64,000 bases of DNA from Acidimicrobiia bacterium (GCA_041748855.1 JBGTCK010000062.1:7672-71671); one strand, 5' to 3'; positions 46,894-58,126 are shown, counted from the stretch's first letter. The notes: generated by a model from the letters alone, not told the origin. Program-made: numbers and translations.

Positions 46894-48622
46894 CCCGCGC
46901 CGGCACCGAGGACAGTGGGAGAGACAGCTCGAAAACCGTCCACTGGTTCGATCTCCGGTACTCGAGGTCACCACCCATGAGACGCGCTAGCTGGCGGGCG
47001 ACGGCGAGGCCAAGGCCGACCGAGTCCGGTGCTGAGCCTTCACCCTGAGTCCGGTAGTACGGCTCGAAGATTTGCTCGACATCGATGTGACGCACGCCCA
47101 TTCCGTTGTCACGGACGCTGACGAGGGCATTGCCGTCGGCTTCGGCGACTTCCACTTCGACATTGTCTCCTCCGTAGCGCGCTGCGTTGGTGAGGAGGTT
47201 GCGCAGGATTTGTCGGGTGCGGAGCGGGTCGGCATGAGCAGTGACGGGCGCTCCGTTGACCGACACTGCCACATCGAGTCCCGTGGACCGGACGATGTCG
47301 AAGCACTCGTCGAGGACAGAGATGTCGGTCGCCTGGATGGTCAGATTGCCCGAGGCGGCGCGTTCGGAGGTGAGCAGGTCGTCGACCAGGTGGGTCAGTT
47401 CGATGCTCTGGTTGTAGATCACAGAGGCCATCTCGGTCAGCTCCTCGGTTGCATACGCCTCCACTCCGTCGACAAGCGCTCCGGCGAAACCAACGACGGC
47501 GGAGAGCGGGGTGCGGAGCTCGTGACTCACAGCAGCGATGAAGCGGTCCTTGGCTTTGGCCAGCTCCATGAGACCCTCCCGGGCGGCCTCTCTTTCCCAA
47601 TAGGCGCCGACCATCTCGGCAGCCCGCATCAAACCCTCGACCTCGATCCTGGTCCAGGTCCCTTCACGAATATGGTCGGTGTATCCGAGCGTTCCCATCC
47701 AGCGGCCACCGGTCATGATGGGTGCCATCAGTTCGGCCTTGATGCCTTCGGACTCGTATCGAGAGCGCAGAGGCATTGGCATCTGGGAAGTGATGATCTC
47801 CACCGGCCTTCCACTGCTCAACGTCTCGGCATACTCTTCCATCTGGGAATAGTCCCCGCTGACGAAGCTGAGATCGTTATCGGGATAGTCGGGATGCTGC
47901 GCTTCGGCGACGATCTCCCATCTGATGTCGCCCCCCTGGTCGATCCGGTTGACGTCGATGTAGGCGTAGTACGCCTCGGTGGCATCGAGCAGAGCAAGGA
48001 GGGCCGTGTTCAGCGGATCCTTGGTGCCCCGGTTGAGCAGCGCCTGCGAGCATTCGGCGAGGGCCTTTTGGATCCGTGCGTGCTTCTTCGCCGTCACCGT
48101 AGCGAACGCCAGTGATTCAAACATGCGATGGACGATCCAGATGACAACTGACTGCCCCAGGGTCCCCACCACAACAAACCCAATGACGGTGGTGCTCGGG
48201 AAGTCCGAGTAAAAGACACTCAACAATGTGAATAGCGCAATGCCCAGGACCCAAATTGCGGCCGGACGCGGCGACCTGTTGGTGGAGATTCCGATATGGG
48301 TGACAGCCACCAGCACCAGCACCGTCAGAGTTGTCCCTGGAGAAGTGAGGGAGATTGCGCTGGCCGCGATTGCGTCGAAGACTGACAACACACCCGAGAC
48401 CAAACCCAGGTATACGGGAAAAAGGTAGACACGGGAAGGTCTTGTGAGTAGCACTGCCGAGAGCGCTCCGATCGACAGATATACCGCCGACCGGATCATG
48501 CTGTCGAATGACACCGAGTTGAGCCAGAGGTCGGCGGCAATCCCAAGGGGAGCCACCAGGATGCCGCTGAGTAAAACGACGCGGGCGACGTGTTGCCGAT
48601 CGCCGGCAGAAGCTAGAGCCAT
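46886..48622 (-). CDS. Membrane sensor histidine kinase with GAF domain
   Basis: SHELRTPL, NLLTNA.RYG, DNGMG, GLGL. Confidence 0.92.
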   Translation of the reverse strand: MALASAGDRQHVARVVLLSGILVAPLGIAADLWLNSVSFDSMIRSAVYLSIGALSAVLLTRPSRVYLFPVYLGLVSGVLSVFDAIAASAISLTSPGTTLTVLVLVAVTHIGISTNRSPRPAAIWVLGIALFTLLSVFYSDFPSTTVIGFVVVGTLGQSVVIWIVHRMFESLAFATVTAKKHARIQKALAECSQALLNRGTKDPLNTALLALLDATEAYYAYIDVNRIDQGGDIRWEIVAEAQHPDYPDNDLSFVSGDYSQMEEYAETLSSGRPVEIITSQMPMPLRSRYESEGIKAELMAPIMTGGRWMGTLGYTDHIREGTWTRIEVEGLMRAAEMVGAYWEREAAREGLMELAKAKDRFIAAVSHELRTPLSAVVGFAGALVDGVEAYATEELTEMASVIYNQSIELTHLVDDLLTSERAASGNLTIQATDISVLDECFDIVRSTGLDVAVSVNGAPVTAHADPLRTRQILRNLLTNAARYGGDNVEVEVAEADGNALVSVRDNGMGVRHIDVEQIFEPYYRTQGEGSAPDSVGLGLAVARQLARLMGGDLEYRRSNQWTVFELSLPLSSVPARVT

Positions 48623-48667
48623 GCCGGGTTATCGGTGCAATTGGGTCGATTCTGTAGAACGCTCAGA

Positions 48668-49678
48668 TCAGCGGGCGATGGCGACTTTCCCGACCTGCTC
48701 GCCGGAATCGAGATAGGCCATTGCCTCCGGAAGGTCGGCGAAGGCGAAGGTTCGATCGACAAAGGCCTTGGCTTGCCCCGAACCGACATAGTGGGTGGCC
48801 CGGGCGAACTGGGCATGGGTCCCCATCGACGACCCGACGATCTCGAGTTGCTTGAAGAACAGATAGGGCAGGCTCAGCTCGTACTTGGCTCCACTGGTCC
48901 CCCCGCAGATTGCGATCCGGCCACCACGGACTGCCGCTTTTAGCGACTGGCCGAGGGTTGCCGGCCCGACATTTTCGATGACCACGTCGGCCCCGCCGAG
49001 AGCGGCCATCTCCTTGCCGAACTCACCGTCGGAGAGGAATCCGCCTGTGGCTCCTTGTTCGACGGCCCAATCGAGCTTTTCCTGGGAACGCGACGTGACG
49101 TATACCTCGGCATCGTAGGCAAGCGCCAGCGACATCGCCGCAGTCGAGACTCCACCGCCGATTCCCACCACCAGCACCCGTTCCCCCTGTTGGAGATTGA
49201 CGCGTTCCAGCATTCTCAAGGCCGTGACCGTCACCAACCCGAAAGTTCCGGCGACATCCCAGTCCATGGCTTTCGGCTTGCGCACCGCGTTGATGGTCGG
49301 GATTACCACCGACTCGGTGAGCGTTCCATTCAGGTGTTCCCCGAGGATCTTGTAGTCGGCGCAGTACACGATGTCGTCGCGGCCACAGTGGACACAGGTC
49401 CCACACGAAACGGTCGGATCGATGATGATCTCGTCTCCGATCTCGAACCCGGACACACCCTCTCCGATTGCGTCGACCCTGCCAGCCCCGTCTGCGCCGA
49501 GGATATGCGGCAGGTGGTGTGGCTTCGGCAGCCCACGGCTCACCCAAAGATCGAGATGATTGAGGCCGCTCATTTCCAGCTTGACCCTGATCTGGCCGGT
49601 TCCGGGCTGAGGCTCGTCGATCTCGACCGATTCGAGGGCTTCGGGTCCAGTGGTGTCGTTTAGGTGCCAGGCCTTCAT
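48668..49678 (-). CDS. Zn-binding dehydrogenase (MDR family)
   Basis: LNHLD, GADGAG, CGTCVHC..C, GIGGGV. Confidence 0.9.
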   Translation of the reverse strand: MKAWHLNDTTGPEALESVEIDEPQPGTGQIRVKLEMSGLNHLDLWVSRGLPKPHHLPHILGADGAGRVDAIGEGVSGFEIGDEIIIDPTVSCGTCVHCGRDDIVYCADYKILGEHLNGTLTESVVIPTINAVRKPKAMDWDVAGTFGLVTVTALRMLERVNLQQGERVLVVGIGGGVSTAAMSLALAYDAEVYVTSRSQEKLDWAVEQGATGGFLSDGEFGKEMAALGGADVVIENVGPATLGQSLKAAVRGGRIAICGGTSGAKYELSLPYLFFKQLEIVGSSMGTHAQFARATHYVGSGQAKAFVDRTFAFADLPEAMAYLDSGEQVGKVAIAR

Positions 49679-49722
49679 GGATGCGAGGGTAGCCTCCTGG
49701 CCAACAGGCTCACAGGAGAAGG

Positions 49723-50157
49723 ATGACCGTCCAGGTACCCGCCGATCGCGAAGTCCACGAAACGTCGCTGAAGGTTCGCTTCTACGAACTCGACCCGTAC
49801 GACCATGTCAACCACACCAACTACTTCTCCTATTTCGAGACGGCTCGAATCGAATACCTGACCGACATGGGTTGGGGGCTCGACATCTTGAAGGAGAACG
49901 GGTGGCAATTCGTCGTGGTTGAGCTGCAGGCCCGCTTCCGGGCCGCAGCGCGATACGGTCAGGAACTGGTGATCCGCACCTGGATCGAAGATGTGGGCCG
50001 GGTGAAGTCGACCTGGCAGCAGCTGATGCTCCGTGACGACCTGGTGGTGGCCGAATTGGAGGTTTCCGCGGCATTCACCGACCTCGAGGGCCGTCCCCGG
50101 CGAATCCCAAACGAATTCGTGGATGAAATGGTGCGAATCAGAAACGCCGGGGGTTGA
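49723..50157 (+). CDS. Acyl-CoA thioesterase (YbgC/4HBT hotdog fold)
   Basis: VRFYELDPYDHVNH..YF.YFETAR. Confidence 0.9.
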   Translation: MTVQVPADREVHETSLKVRFYELDPYDHVNHTNYFSYFETARIEYLTDMGWGLDILKENGWQFVVVELQARFRAAARYGQELVIRTWIEDVGRVKSTWQQLMLRDDLVVAELEVSAAFTDLEGRPRRIPNEFVDEMVRIRNAGG

Positions 50158-50247
50158 TTCAAGTCTTACCGAAGCGGGACATCCCCTTCACCACCACTTA
50201 ACAATTGGCACGGATACTTCTCCCTGTCAGAACACAAAGGAGTGTCC

Positions 50248-50766
50248 GTGAAGCAAAAACTCTTGGCCGCAACCGTTGCCGGAGGTCTCCTGATTGGAGC
50301 GGGGTTCGTGACCGCAGCCATTTCCAATCCCGGGGTTGCTTCAGCCCAGGACGACTCACAAGTCTCATCGGAGGAAACCTATGTCGGACCGTTCAAAGAT
50401 CACGGCTCCGTTCTCGAAGATGTCCTTTCCGACCTCGTCGAAGACCGGACCATCGATCAAAGCCAGGCTGATGCAATTGTCGAGGCTCTCGATGCGAAGG
50501 CCGCCGAATTCCGGACCGCGGCCCAGGACGTCCGAAGCCTGATCGCAGGTTTCCTCGACGACGGTGTCATCACCGCGGAGGAACTGGAACAGTTGCCGGA
50601 CGTCTTCCCGTTCAACAATCTCGAACGGTTCTTCGGCGATGCGCTGGAAGACGGTGAAGTGACGCCGGAGGAATTGAGGGAGGCTTGGGCGAGGTCCAAG
50701 CGTGGCGCCTTCGCCGCGGGAGTGCGTTTTGGTGCGTTGCTCGACGATGGCGGCATCGACCAGTAG
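50248..50766 (+). CDS. Secreted helical hypothetical protein
   Basis: AAGGAG RBS; signal peptide ASA-Q; repeated LV.DG.I motifs. Confidence 0.7.
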   Translation: MKQKLLAATVAGGLLIGAGFVTAAISNPGVASAQDDSQVSSEETYVGPFKDHGSVLEDVLSDLVEDRTIDQSQADAIVEALDAKAAEFRTAAQDVRSLIAGFLDDGVITAEELEQLPDVFPFNNLERFFGDALEDGEVTPEELREAWARSKRGAFAAGVRFGALLDDGGIDQ

Positions 50767-50835
50767 GAGTACGACTCTCTCCCGTTCCTAAGGCGTGGCG
50801 TATCACATGTGATCGCTGGGGCGCGGAGAAGGGGA

Positions 50836-51519
50836 TCAGCCGAGGAAGTCGGCCACCCACTGGTCGGCCGGGGCGGCAACCAGTTCGCTGAGGGTGCCGG
50901 TCTGGACGATCCTCCCCTCCCTGAGCAGGGCAAGCCGGTCACAAATCGCGTCGGCCTCCCCGGCGTCGTGGGTGACGACGATCGCGGTTGCCTCCCGGTC
51001 CTTCAACAGTTCCCTGGTCTCGGTGACGAGGCGACTGCGCAAGTTGCGGTCGAGGGCGCCGAGTGGCTCATCAAGCATGACCAAACGGGGGCGCGGGGCG
51101 AGCGTACGCGCCAGCGCGACCCGTTGCTTCTCGCCGCCGGATAGGTCGTCGACCGTGCGTTCGGCGAACCCGGTCATACCCACCCACGCCAGCGCCTCCT
51201 CGACCTGACCATCCGCTCCCTTCTCCAGCCCGAACCCGACGTTCTCGCCAACGGTGAGATGGGGAAAGAGGGCATAACCCTGGAACATCAGCCCGAATCG
51301 GCGTTTATGGGTGGGCACGTGGGTGATGTCCTCGCCATCCCAATAGATGGCACCCGCGGTTGGTTCGATGATCCCGGCGATGGCACGGAGGAGTGTCGAC
51401 TTCCCCGATCCCGACGGTCCGAGAATCCCAACGATCTCGCCGTCCGATACACCGAGATCGACTTCTCTGAGGATCCTCGTGTCCTCGATCCTGACGTGAA
51501 GGTCCTGTACCCGGAGCAT
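50836..51519 (-). CDS. thiQ: Thiamine ABC transporter ATPase
   Basis: GPSGSGKS, LSGGE; operon context. Confidence 0.85.
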   Translation of the reverse strand: MLRVQDLHVRIEDTRILREVDLGVSDGEIVGILGPSGSGKSTLLRAIAGIIEPTAGAIYWDGEDITHVPTHKRRFGLMFQGYALFPHLTVGENVGFGLEKGADGQVEEALAWVGMTGFAERTVDDLSGGEKQRVALARTLAPRPRLVMLDEPLGALDRNLRSRLVTETRELLKDREATAIVVTHDAGEADAICDRLALLREGRIVQTGTLSELVAAPADQWVADFLG

Positions 51520-53072
51520 CAGAAGGAGCCTATGTCGCCGGCACGGAATCGGTCGACCCAGAGGATGATCCCTGCGGTCAGCGCGGCGAGGATCACCGAC
51601 AGTGCCATCGCCATGCCGAAGGAGCTCTCTCCTGGCCTGGATAGCAGTCGGAATATCAAAGTGGGGATCGTGGCGGTATTGGGACGGGCCACAAAAGAGG
51701 TGGCACCGAACTCACCGAGGGAGATGACGAGTGAAAACCCGGTGGCGACGAGCGCTGCCTTGCTGACCAGGGGCAGATCGACGCGACGCCACACCCGCCA
51801 GGGCGAGGCTCCGAGGACCGATGCCGCATTCCTCAGGTCGGGGTCGATGGAACGCATCGCGGGGAGGGTGATTCGGACCACGAAGGGGATGGCGATGAGG
51901 GCGTGGGCCATCGGGACGAGCAACAGCGACGCCCTGAGGTCGATGGGCCAGTCGAGGGCGACGATGAAACCGAGCCCGATTGCAACCGCGGAGGTGCCGA
52001 GCGGCAGCATCAGGGTCGTGTCGAACCAACGCGATAGCTTCCCGGAGCGATGGCTGACGAAGGTGGCAGCCATGATCCCGACGACCAGGGCTGCTACCGC
52101 TGCCACCGCCGCGGTGAGCAGGCTGTTGCGAATCGCGGCAGCGGGGTCTCCGACTACGAGGTCGGCACCGAATAGGTTCTGGTACGAACCCATCGAGCGT
52201 CGGACCAAGGCGAAGAGGGGCAACGACAGGGCGGCGAGGGTCCCAGTCACGGCCGCGTACACCCACAGTCTCGAGCGCCCGGTTGGCGAAGGAACCGATG
52301 CGTCGGAACTGACTTCCCACGAAGTCGAGTGTCGCTCCTGGTAGCGGGAATACAGATAGAGAGCGGTACTTACTCCGATCAGCTGGACCAGCGCCATCAC
52401 CGCGGCGAGGGGAATGTCGAATAGCACAATGGCTTGCCGGTAGATCTCGACCTCGAGGGTGGCGAACTGGTACCCACCGAGGATCAGGATCACGCCGAAG
52501 GACGTGAAGGTGAACAGGAACACGATCGAGGCTGCTGCTGCCAGTGACGGCCGGAGCAGCGGCAGGGTGATCCTCCGCATCACCTGGCGCGGGGAAGCTC
52601 CGAGCGAGGCTGCGGCATGCAGGAGGTCGGGGTCGAGCCGGCGCCATTGCGAACCGACGGTGCGCACGACAACGGCCACATTGAAGAAGACGTGGGCAGC
52701 GAGGATTGCGCCGATCGAGTCGCGCCAGCCCAGTGCCACGAAGGCGGTCCCGACGACCACGGTCGGAAGGACGAACGGAACCGTCACCAAGGCCATCGCC
52801 AGCTTCCGCCCCTTGAACTCGTACCGGCCCACAGCCCAGGTCATCGGGGCGGCGACCAGGAAGGTGAGGGCAGTCGACACCACGGCCTGCCAGAAGGTGA
52901 ACCAGCCGACCCGGAACAACCGATCTTCCACCCCGGATGCGCCCACCCCGAGTTCGGATAACCCCACGGCAAGGATGCGGGTGAGCGGGTAGAGGAAGAA
53001 GTACCCGAGAAAGAGCGCGGGGACAGCCGCAACAGCCAACCAGCCCCACCTGAACCTCCTCCGCCGTGCCAC
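51519..53072 (-). CDS. thiP: Thiamine ABC transporter permease
   Basis: Duplicated permease domains with AA.LGAS motifs. Confidence 0.85.
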   Translation of the reverse strand: MARRRRFRWGWLAVAAVPALFLGYFFLYPLTRILAVGLSELGVGASGVEDRLFRVGWFTFWQAVVSTALTFLVAAPMTWAVGRYEFKGRKLAMALVTVPFVLPTVVVGTAFVALGWRDSIGAILAAHVFFNVAVVVRTVGSQWRRLDPDLLHAAASLGASPRQVMRRITLPLLRPSLAAAASIVFLFTFTSFGVILILGGYQFATLEVEIYRQAIVLFDIPLAAVMALVQLIGVSTALYLYSRYQERHSTSWEVSSDASVPSPTGRSRLWVYAAVTGTLAALSLPLFALVRRSMGSYQNLFGADLVVGDPAAAIRNSLLTAAVAAVAALVVGIMAATFVSHRSGKLSRWFDTTLMLPLGTSAVAIGLGFIVALDWPIDLRASLLLVPMAHALIAIPFVVRITLPAMRSIDPDLRNAASVLGASPWRVWRRVDLPLVSKAALVATGFSLVISLGEFGATSFVARPNTATIPTLIFRLLSRPGESSFGMAMALSVILAALTAGIILWVDRFRAGDIGSF

Positions 53073-54112
53073 TAACTATCCATCAGATCTGACCATTGCT
53101 GGATCCATGACTCCCGGTTCTCGGCGATGTAAGCCGGGTCGAGCTGGGCCGGTGATTCCGGTATAACCGTATGGTCAACGAATTCCTGGGGAAGATCTGC
53201 ATCGCCGTTAGCTGGGAAGACGAACCAGTTGAGGGGGATCGTCTCCTGAAACTCGACCGAAAGCATGAAGTCGATCAGGTCGCCCGCAGCGTCGGGGTAG
53301 TCGGTTCCGTCGAGAACGCCGGCGAATTCGACCTGGCGGTAACAACCGGCTTCGATGACTCCGGTCGGTGCCTCGTCGGTCGGCTCTTCAGCGAAGATCA
53401 CTTCAGCCGGCGGTGACGACGCGTAGGACACAACCAGGGAGCGGTCGCCTCCGTATCGGGTGAAGTCGCCGTAGTAGGCGGAGTTCCAGTCAGGCGCCAC
53501 CTTGACCCCCCCAGCCTTCAGGTCGGTCCAGTAATCGAGCCAACCGTCCTCGCCAAACTCGTCGATGGTTGCCAGCAAGAACGCCAAACCCGGGGAAGAG
53601 GTTGCCGGATGTTCGACGACCATGGCGCTGGCGTACACGTTCACCCGGAGGTCATCGAGGCGGGTCGGGACGTGAAGTTGGGCAGTCGCGAACCAATCCT
53701 TGTCGTAGTTGAGGCAGACATCGCCGTAGCTGATCGGCGTCACCAGATTTTCGGGGCCAAGCCTCAGGCTCTCCGCGACGCTCTCGATCAACTCCGAGGT
53801 GTGTTCGGTGAACAGCTCCTCGTCCAGGGCGCGGGACAGGAACGTGTCGTCGACACCGAACATGACATCGGCGATGGGGTTGCCCGCGCTGAGTGCGGCC
53901 TGGGTGACCATGCCTCCGGCATCGCCGGCAGCGAGTACCGCTACCTCGATCCCGGTTTCTTCGGTGAAGTCCGCAAACGTCTCATCATTGACAGCGTCGG
54001 CAAACGAGTCGTGAGCGACGAGGGTGAGGCGATCCGGGGTCTCTGCTGTTTCGGTGCCGCAGGCCGCCGCGACCAGAGCGAGCCCGATGAAGGCTATCGA
54101 CATTTTCCGCAT
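53072..54112 (-). CDS. thiB: Thiamine ABC transporter substrate-binding lipoprotein
   Basis: Lipobox AAAC; HDSF, TSSPGLAFL, SYASSP, CYRQVE. Confidence 0.9.
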   Translation of the reverse strand: MRKMSIAFIGLALVAAACGTETAETPDRLTLVAHDSFADAVNDETFADFTEETGIEVAVLAAGDAGGMVTQAALSAGNPIADVMFGVDDTFLSRALDEELFTEHTSELIESVAESLRLGPENLVTPISYGDVCLNYDKDWFATAQLHVPTRLDDLRVNVYASAMVVEHPATSSPGLAFLLATIDEFGEDGWLDYWTDLKAGGVKVAPDWNSAYYGDFTRYGGDRSLVVSYASSPPAEVIFAEEPTDEAPTGVIEAGCYRQVEFAGVLDGTDYPDAAGDLIDFMLSVEFQETIPLNWFVFPANGDADLPQEFVDHTVIPESPAQLDPAYIAENRESWIQQWSDLMDS

Positions 54113-54147
54113 TGATCTCAACTCCTAAAGCGGGAGCCAATTGCGGT

Positions 54148-54243
<96 letters not shown>

Positions 54244-54280
54244 GGACAAGGTTAGTGGTACCGCGGAGTACCGGAAAAGG

Positions 54281-55456
54281 TCAGGCCGGGCCGAAGGCGA
54301 GAACGGTGTTGTGGCCCCCGAAGCCGAACGAGTTGGAGAGAGCTGGCCCCGGTGTCCACTCTCGGGCTTCGAGGACGATGTCCGTGAGGGGGATCTCGGG
54401 GTCCTGATTGTCGAGCCCGAGGTTGGGTAGCAACTCACCGCGAAGCATCGACTCGACCACCATTACCGCCTCGATCGATCCCGAAGCCCCCAGGCCGTGG
54501 CCCGTTGTTCCTTTTATCGACGAAACCGCCGGTTGGTTGCTGCCGAATATCCTCTCGATGACCACTCCCTCAGTCCGATCGTTGAGTTCGGTGCCGGTGC
54601 CGTGGGCGTTTATGTAAGCGACGTCGCCTGGAGCGAGCCCGGCATCCTCGATGGCGAGCCGCATGGCACGTTCAGCACCGTCACCCTCCGGATGGGGTGC
54701 GGTGATGTGGTAGGCATCGGCGGTCGACGCTCCTCCCAGCACTTCGGCGAGAATTGTTGCACCACGGGCACGCGCCGTTTCCATCTCTTCCAGAACGAGA
54801 ACCGCTCCGCCTTCCCCCATCACGAAGCCGTCGCGGTCGATGTCGAACGGCTTGGCCACAGACGTCTTCGAAAGTGCTCGTGCCGATGCAAAACCTTCCC
54901 GGGCCGACTTGCGGGCTGCTGCTTCGGTCCCACCGACGATGGCGACATCGGCGTATCCCCACTGGATCATTCGCATGCCGTCGAGGATGGCCTGTGCTCC
55001 CGCGGCGCAGGCGACAACCGGGGTGTTTGCCTGCCCGCCAAACCCGTACTTGATCGAGATGGCTGCTGCGGCGGCATTGGCCATCATCATCGGGACCAGG
55101 AACGGTGAGACTCTGGGGTCGTCCTTCTGGCTCTCGTTGACCAAGATCTCGAGGGACTCGAGGCCGCCGATGCCGGTTGCGACCGAGACGGTTACCCGGT
55201 TTGGGTCGGCTGCGAATTCTCCAGCCTGGCTGAAGGCTTCGTCTGCCGCCACCAGGGCAAACTCAGTAAACCGGTCGAGACGGCGAGATTCGCGCTTGGG
55301 GACGATCGGATCGGGATCCCAGTTCTCGATGAGGTGTGGCCCCGGCCCGGGAGGACCCGACATCAACCCTTTCCAGAGTGCGTCGACGTTGAGGCCGGGT
55401 GCAGCGACCGCGCCGGTGCCGGTCACCACGACACGTTTCTTATCCATGGAAGTCAT
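54281..55456 (-). CDS. fabF: Beta-ketoacyl-ACP synthase II
   Basis: ACAAG, DAYH, NAHGTGT, GHGLGA, NSFGFGGHN. Confidence 0.92.
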   Translation of the reverse strand: MTSMDKKRVVVTGTGAVAAPGLNVDALWKGLMSGPPGPGPHLIENWDPDPIVPKRESRRLDRFTEFALVAADEAFSQAGEFAADPNRVTVSVATGIGGLESLEILVNESQKDDPRVSPFLVPMMMANAAAAAISIKYGFGGQANTPVVACAAGAQAILDGMRMIQWGYADVAIVGGTEAAARKSAREGFASARALSKTSVAKPFDIDRDGFVMGEGGAVLVLEEMETARARGATILAEVLGGASTADAYHITAPHPEGDGAERAMRLAIEDAGLAPGDVAYINAHGTGTELNDRTEGVVIERIFGSNQPAVSSIKGTTGHGLGASGSIEAVMVVESMLRGELLPNLGLDNQDPEIPLTDIVLEAREWTPGPALSNSFGFGGHNTVLAFGPA

Positions 55457-55482
55457 CCTGCTCTTGTCGGTTATTTACTTAG

Positions 55483-56253
55483 TCACTCCGGGAACACGGA
55501 ACGTTGCAGCTTCCGCATCCCACCGAGCCAGCGTTCGTAGTCGTTTGCCTTGTTCTGGAAGAACTTTCCCACATCGTCGTGCGGGAGTATCAGGAACTCT
55601 TCGGAGGCAATGCCGGCAACCACGGCGTCGGCGACTTCATCGGGGGAAATCGCGTGTGGGGAGAGAAGGTCGTGGAACTCGGTCGCAACATCGAGGAGAG
55701 GAGTGTCCACCCCCATCGGGCAGAGACAACTCACCTTGATCCCCTTGTCGCCGTAGGTGATCGCCAGCCATTCGGCGAAAGCAACAGCAGCATGTTTTGT
55801 CACCGAGTACTGGGCTGCCTTGAGGTTGGTGAGGAGGCCGGCGGCCGATGCTGTGGACAGGAAGTACCCCTCGCCCCGCGCAATCCAACCGGGAATGAGC
55901 GCTTTGGCGGCATGCACGTGAGACATCGTGTTGATCTGCCACATCCGATCCCATTCCGAGGGATCGGTCTGCTCATCACCTATGAACCCGATTCCGGCAT
56001 TGGCGCAGAAGAGGTCGATTGGCCCGAATTTCTCCTCGGCCGTGTCCACCAGGGCCTGGTTGTCGTCAGGTGAGCCAACGTCGACGCGCATACCTAGTGC
56101 CCCGAGGTCGGAAGCGACCCGGTTCACCGAATCTTCATTGATGTCGGCGAGCACGAGGCCGGTCGGAGACTCCCTGGCGAATCGTCGGGCGAGGGCTTCG
56201 CCGATCCCGCTCCCCGCACCGGTGACGACTATGACGCGGTCGTTCAGTTGCAC
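55483..56253 (-). CDS. SDR-family oxidoreductase
   Basis: TGAGSGIG, NAG, YSVTK. Confidence 0.92.
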   Translation of the reverse strand: MQLNDRVIVVTGAGSGIGEALARRFARESPTGLVLADINEDSVNRVASDLGALGMRVDVGSPDDNQALVDTAEEKFGPIDLFCANAGIGFIGDEQTDPSEWDRMWQINTMSHVHAAKALIPGWIARGEGYFLSTASAAGLLTNLKAAQYSVTKHAAVAFAEWLAITYGDKGIKVSCLCPMGVDTPLLDVATEFHDLLSPHAISPDEVADAVVAGIASEEFLILPHDDVGKFFQNKANDYERWLGGMRKLQRSVFPE

Positions 56254-56316
56254 ATCGGTTACGTTAGTGAAGATCAGTCGCCGCGCCGCCTGAACCCCCG
56301 TGCGACGTTCAGCCGA

Positions 56317-58095
56317 CTAGAACCTTGCGTCCTCCAGAAGGCTGGCACCACCCTTGATCGTGGCGAGCAGCCCGGTGGTCTGGGGGAGCAGGTGTTCGCC
56401 GTAGAAGCGGGCTGTGTTGACCAGGTCTCTTCTGAATTCGGTGTCGTTGTCTGCCGAATCGAGGGCTGCGCGCGCCCCGCGGGCAACGAGCCATCCGGAG
56501 ACGACACTGGCGAAGAGCTCGAGATAGGGGGTAGCACCGGCGAGACCTTCGTCGATGTTCTTCTCCCTCAACGCTCCCAAGAGCCAGGCGGATGCGTCTT
56601 CGAGCGCGCCGATGGCGCTGGCGAGTTCGGATCCAAAGGCCTTGAGCTCGGGATGGTCTTCCATCTCTCCGAGACTCGTCTTCATCTCATCGATCAGTGC
56701 CTTGACCACTTCACCGTCTTCCATCGGCAGCTTGCGGGTGAGCAGGTCGATGGCCTGGATACCGTTGGTGCCTTCGTAGATGGGGGCGATTCGACTGTCA
56801 CGGAAGTACTGCGCGGCGCCGGTCTCCTCGATGTAGCCCATCCCACCGTGCACCTGGATTCCGAGGGATGCCATCTCGACTCCGACGTCGGTGCACCAGG
56901 CTTTGACCAGCGGGGTTAGCAGCGCTACCCGGTCGTCGGCGATTTTGCGACGTGCATCGTCGTCGGAGTGGTCGGCAAAGTCGGTTTCGGCTGCCGTGTA
57001 ATAGAGGAGGCATCGCATTGCCATTGCATAGGCTTTCATGGTGAGCAGCATCCGCCTCACATCGGGGTGCTCGACGATCGCCACCTCTTCGGGTGAGTCC
57101 GAGCCTGCTTTGCGGCCCTGGACCCGCTCGCGGGCATAACCCACGGCCTGTTGGTAGGCGGCTTCCGTGATGGCGAGACCTTCGAGACCAACGCCGATGC
57201 GGGCGATATTCATCATCGTGAACATGTTGCGCATCCCCTTCTGCTCTTCGCCGAGAAGGTAACCAACCGCTCCATCGCCCTCATCGCCGAAGGAGACGAC
57301 ACAGGTGGGGGAGGCGTGGATTCCGAGCTTGTGCTCGAGGGAGACGATCTCGATGTCATTGCGCTCGCCGGGGTTGCCTTCGGCGTCGGGTACGAACTTG
57401 GGCACGATGAACATCGATATGCCCCTAGTTCCGGGCGGTGCGTCCGGTGTTCGCGCCAGGACCAGATGGATCACATTCTCGGTGAGGTCCTGGTCACCCC
57501 AGGTGATGAAGATCTTGGTTCCGAACAACCGGTAGGAACCGTCTTCCTGAGGTTCTGCCCTGGTCCGGAGGGTCCCGAGATCGGAACCTGAGTGGGGTTC
57601 GGTCAGGTTCATCGTTCCCGACCATTGGCCTGTGGCCAGTTTGTCGATGTAGGTTGCCTGCTGTTCGGGCGTGCCGTGCTCGATCAGTGCGTCGACGGCA
57701 CCCTGGGTGAGCATCGGGCAGAGCGAAAAAGCCATGTTGGCGGTCTTGAACATCTCCTGGATGACGATTCCCACCGTGTATGGGAGCCCGCCCCCGGACC
57801 ATTCCTCCGGGAAGTGGACTGAGGACCATCCGGACTCGACATACTTGGCATATGCGTCCTTGAACCCTTCGGGAGTGACCACACCATCATCAGTGAGGGT
57901 CGATCCCTCTTGGTCACCCGACTGGTTGAGCGGAGCGATGACTTCTGAGAAGAACCTGGCTGCTTCTTCGAGTATCCCCCGGACGGTCGCCGGATCGGCA
58001 TGCTGATATCCGTTCAGCTTTGCGACATCTTCGAGGCCCGCAACGTGATTGAGGGTGAAGTTGATGTCTTCGAGAGGCGGTTGATATCCGGTCAT
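56317..58095 (-). CDS. Acyl-CoA dehydrogenase (FadE5/DmdC-like)
   Basis: GTMNLTEPHSGSD, GTKIFITWG, QVHGGMGY, IYEGTNGIQ. Confidence 0.92.
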   Translation of the reverse strand: MTGYQPPLEDINFTLNHVAGLEDVAKLNGYQHADPATVRGILEEAARFFSEVIAPLNQSGDQEGSTLTDDGVVTPEGFKDAYAKYVESGWSSVHFPEEWSGGGLPYTVGIVIQEMFKTANMAFSLCPMLTQGAVDALIEHGTPEQQATYIDKLATGQWSGTMNLTEPHSGSDLGTLRTRAEPQEDGSYRLFGTKIFITWGDQDLTENVIHLVLARTPDAPPGTRGISMFIVPKFVPDAEGNPGERNDIEIVSLEHKLGIHASPTCVVSFGDEGDGAVGYLLGEEQKGMRNMFTMMNIARIGVGLEGLAITEAAYQQAVGYARERVQGRKAGSDSPEEVAIVEHPDVRRMLLTMKAYAMAMRCLLYYTAAETDFADHSDDDARRKIADDRVALLTPLVKAWCTDVGVEMASLGIQVHGGMGYIEETGAAQYFRDSRIAPIYEGTNGIQAIDLLTRKLPMEDGEVVKALIDEMKTSLGEMEDHPELKAFGSELASAIGALEDASAWLLGALREKNIDEGLAGATPYLELFASVVSGWLVARGARAALDSADNDTEFRRDLVNTARFYGEHLLPQTTGLLATIKGGASLLEDARF

Positions 58096-58126
58096 GCTCC
58101 CAGGATACAGGAGCCCTCGGCTACTC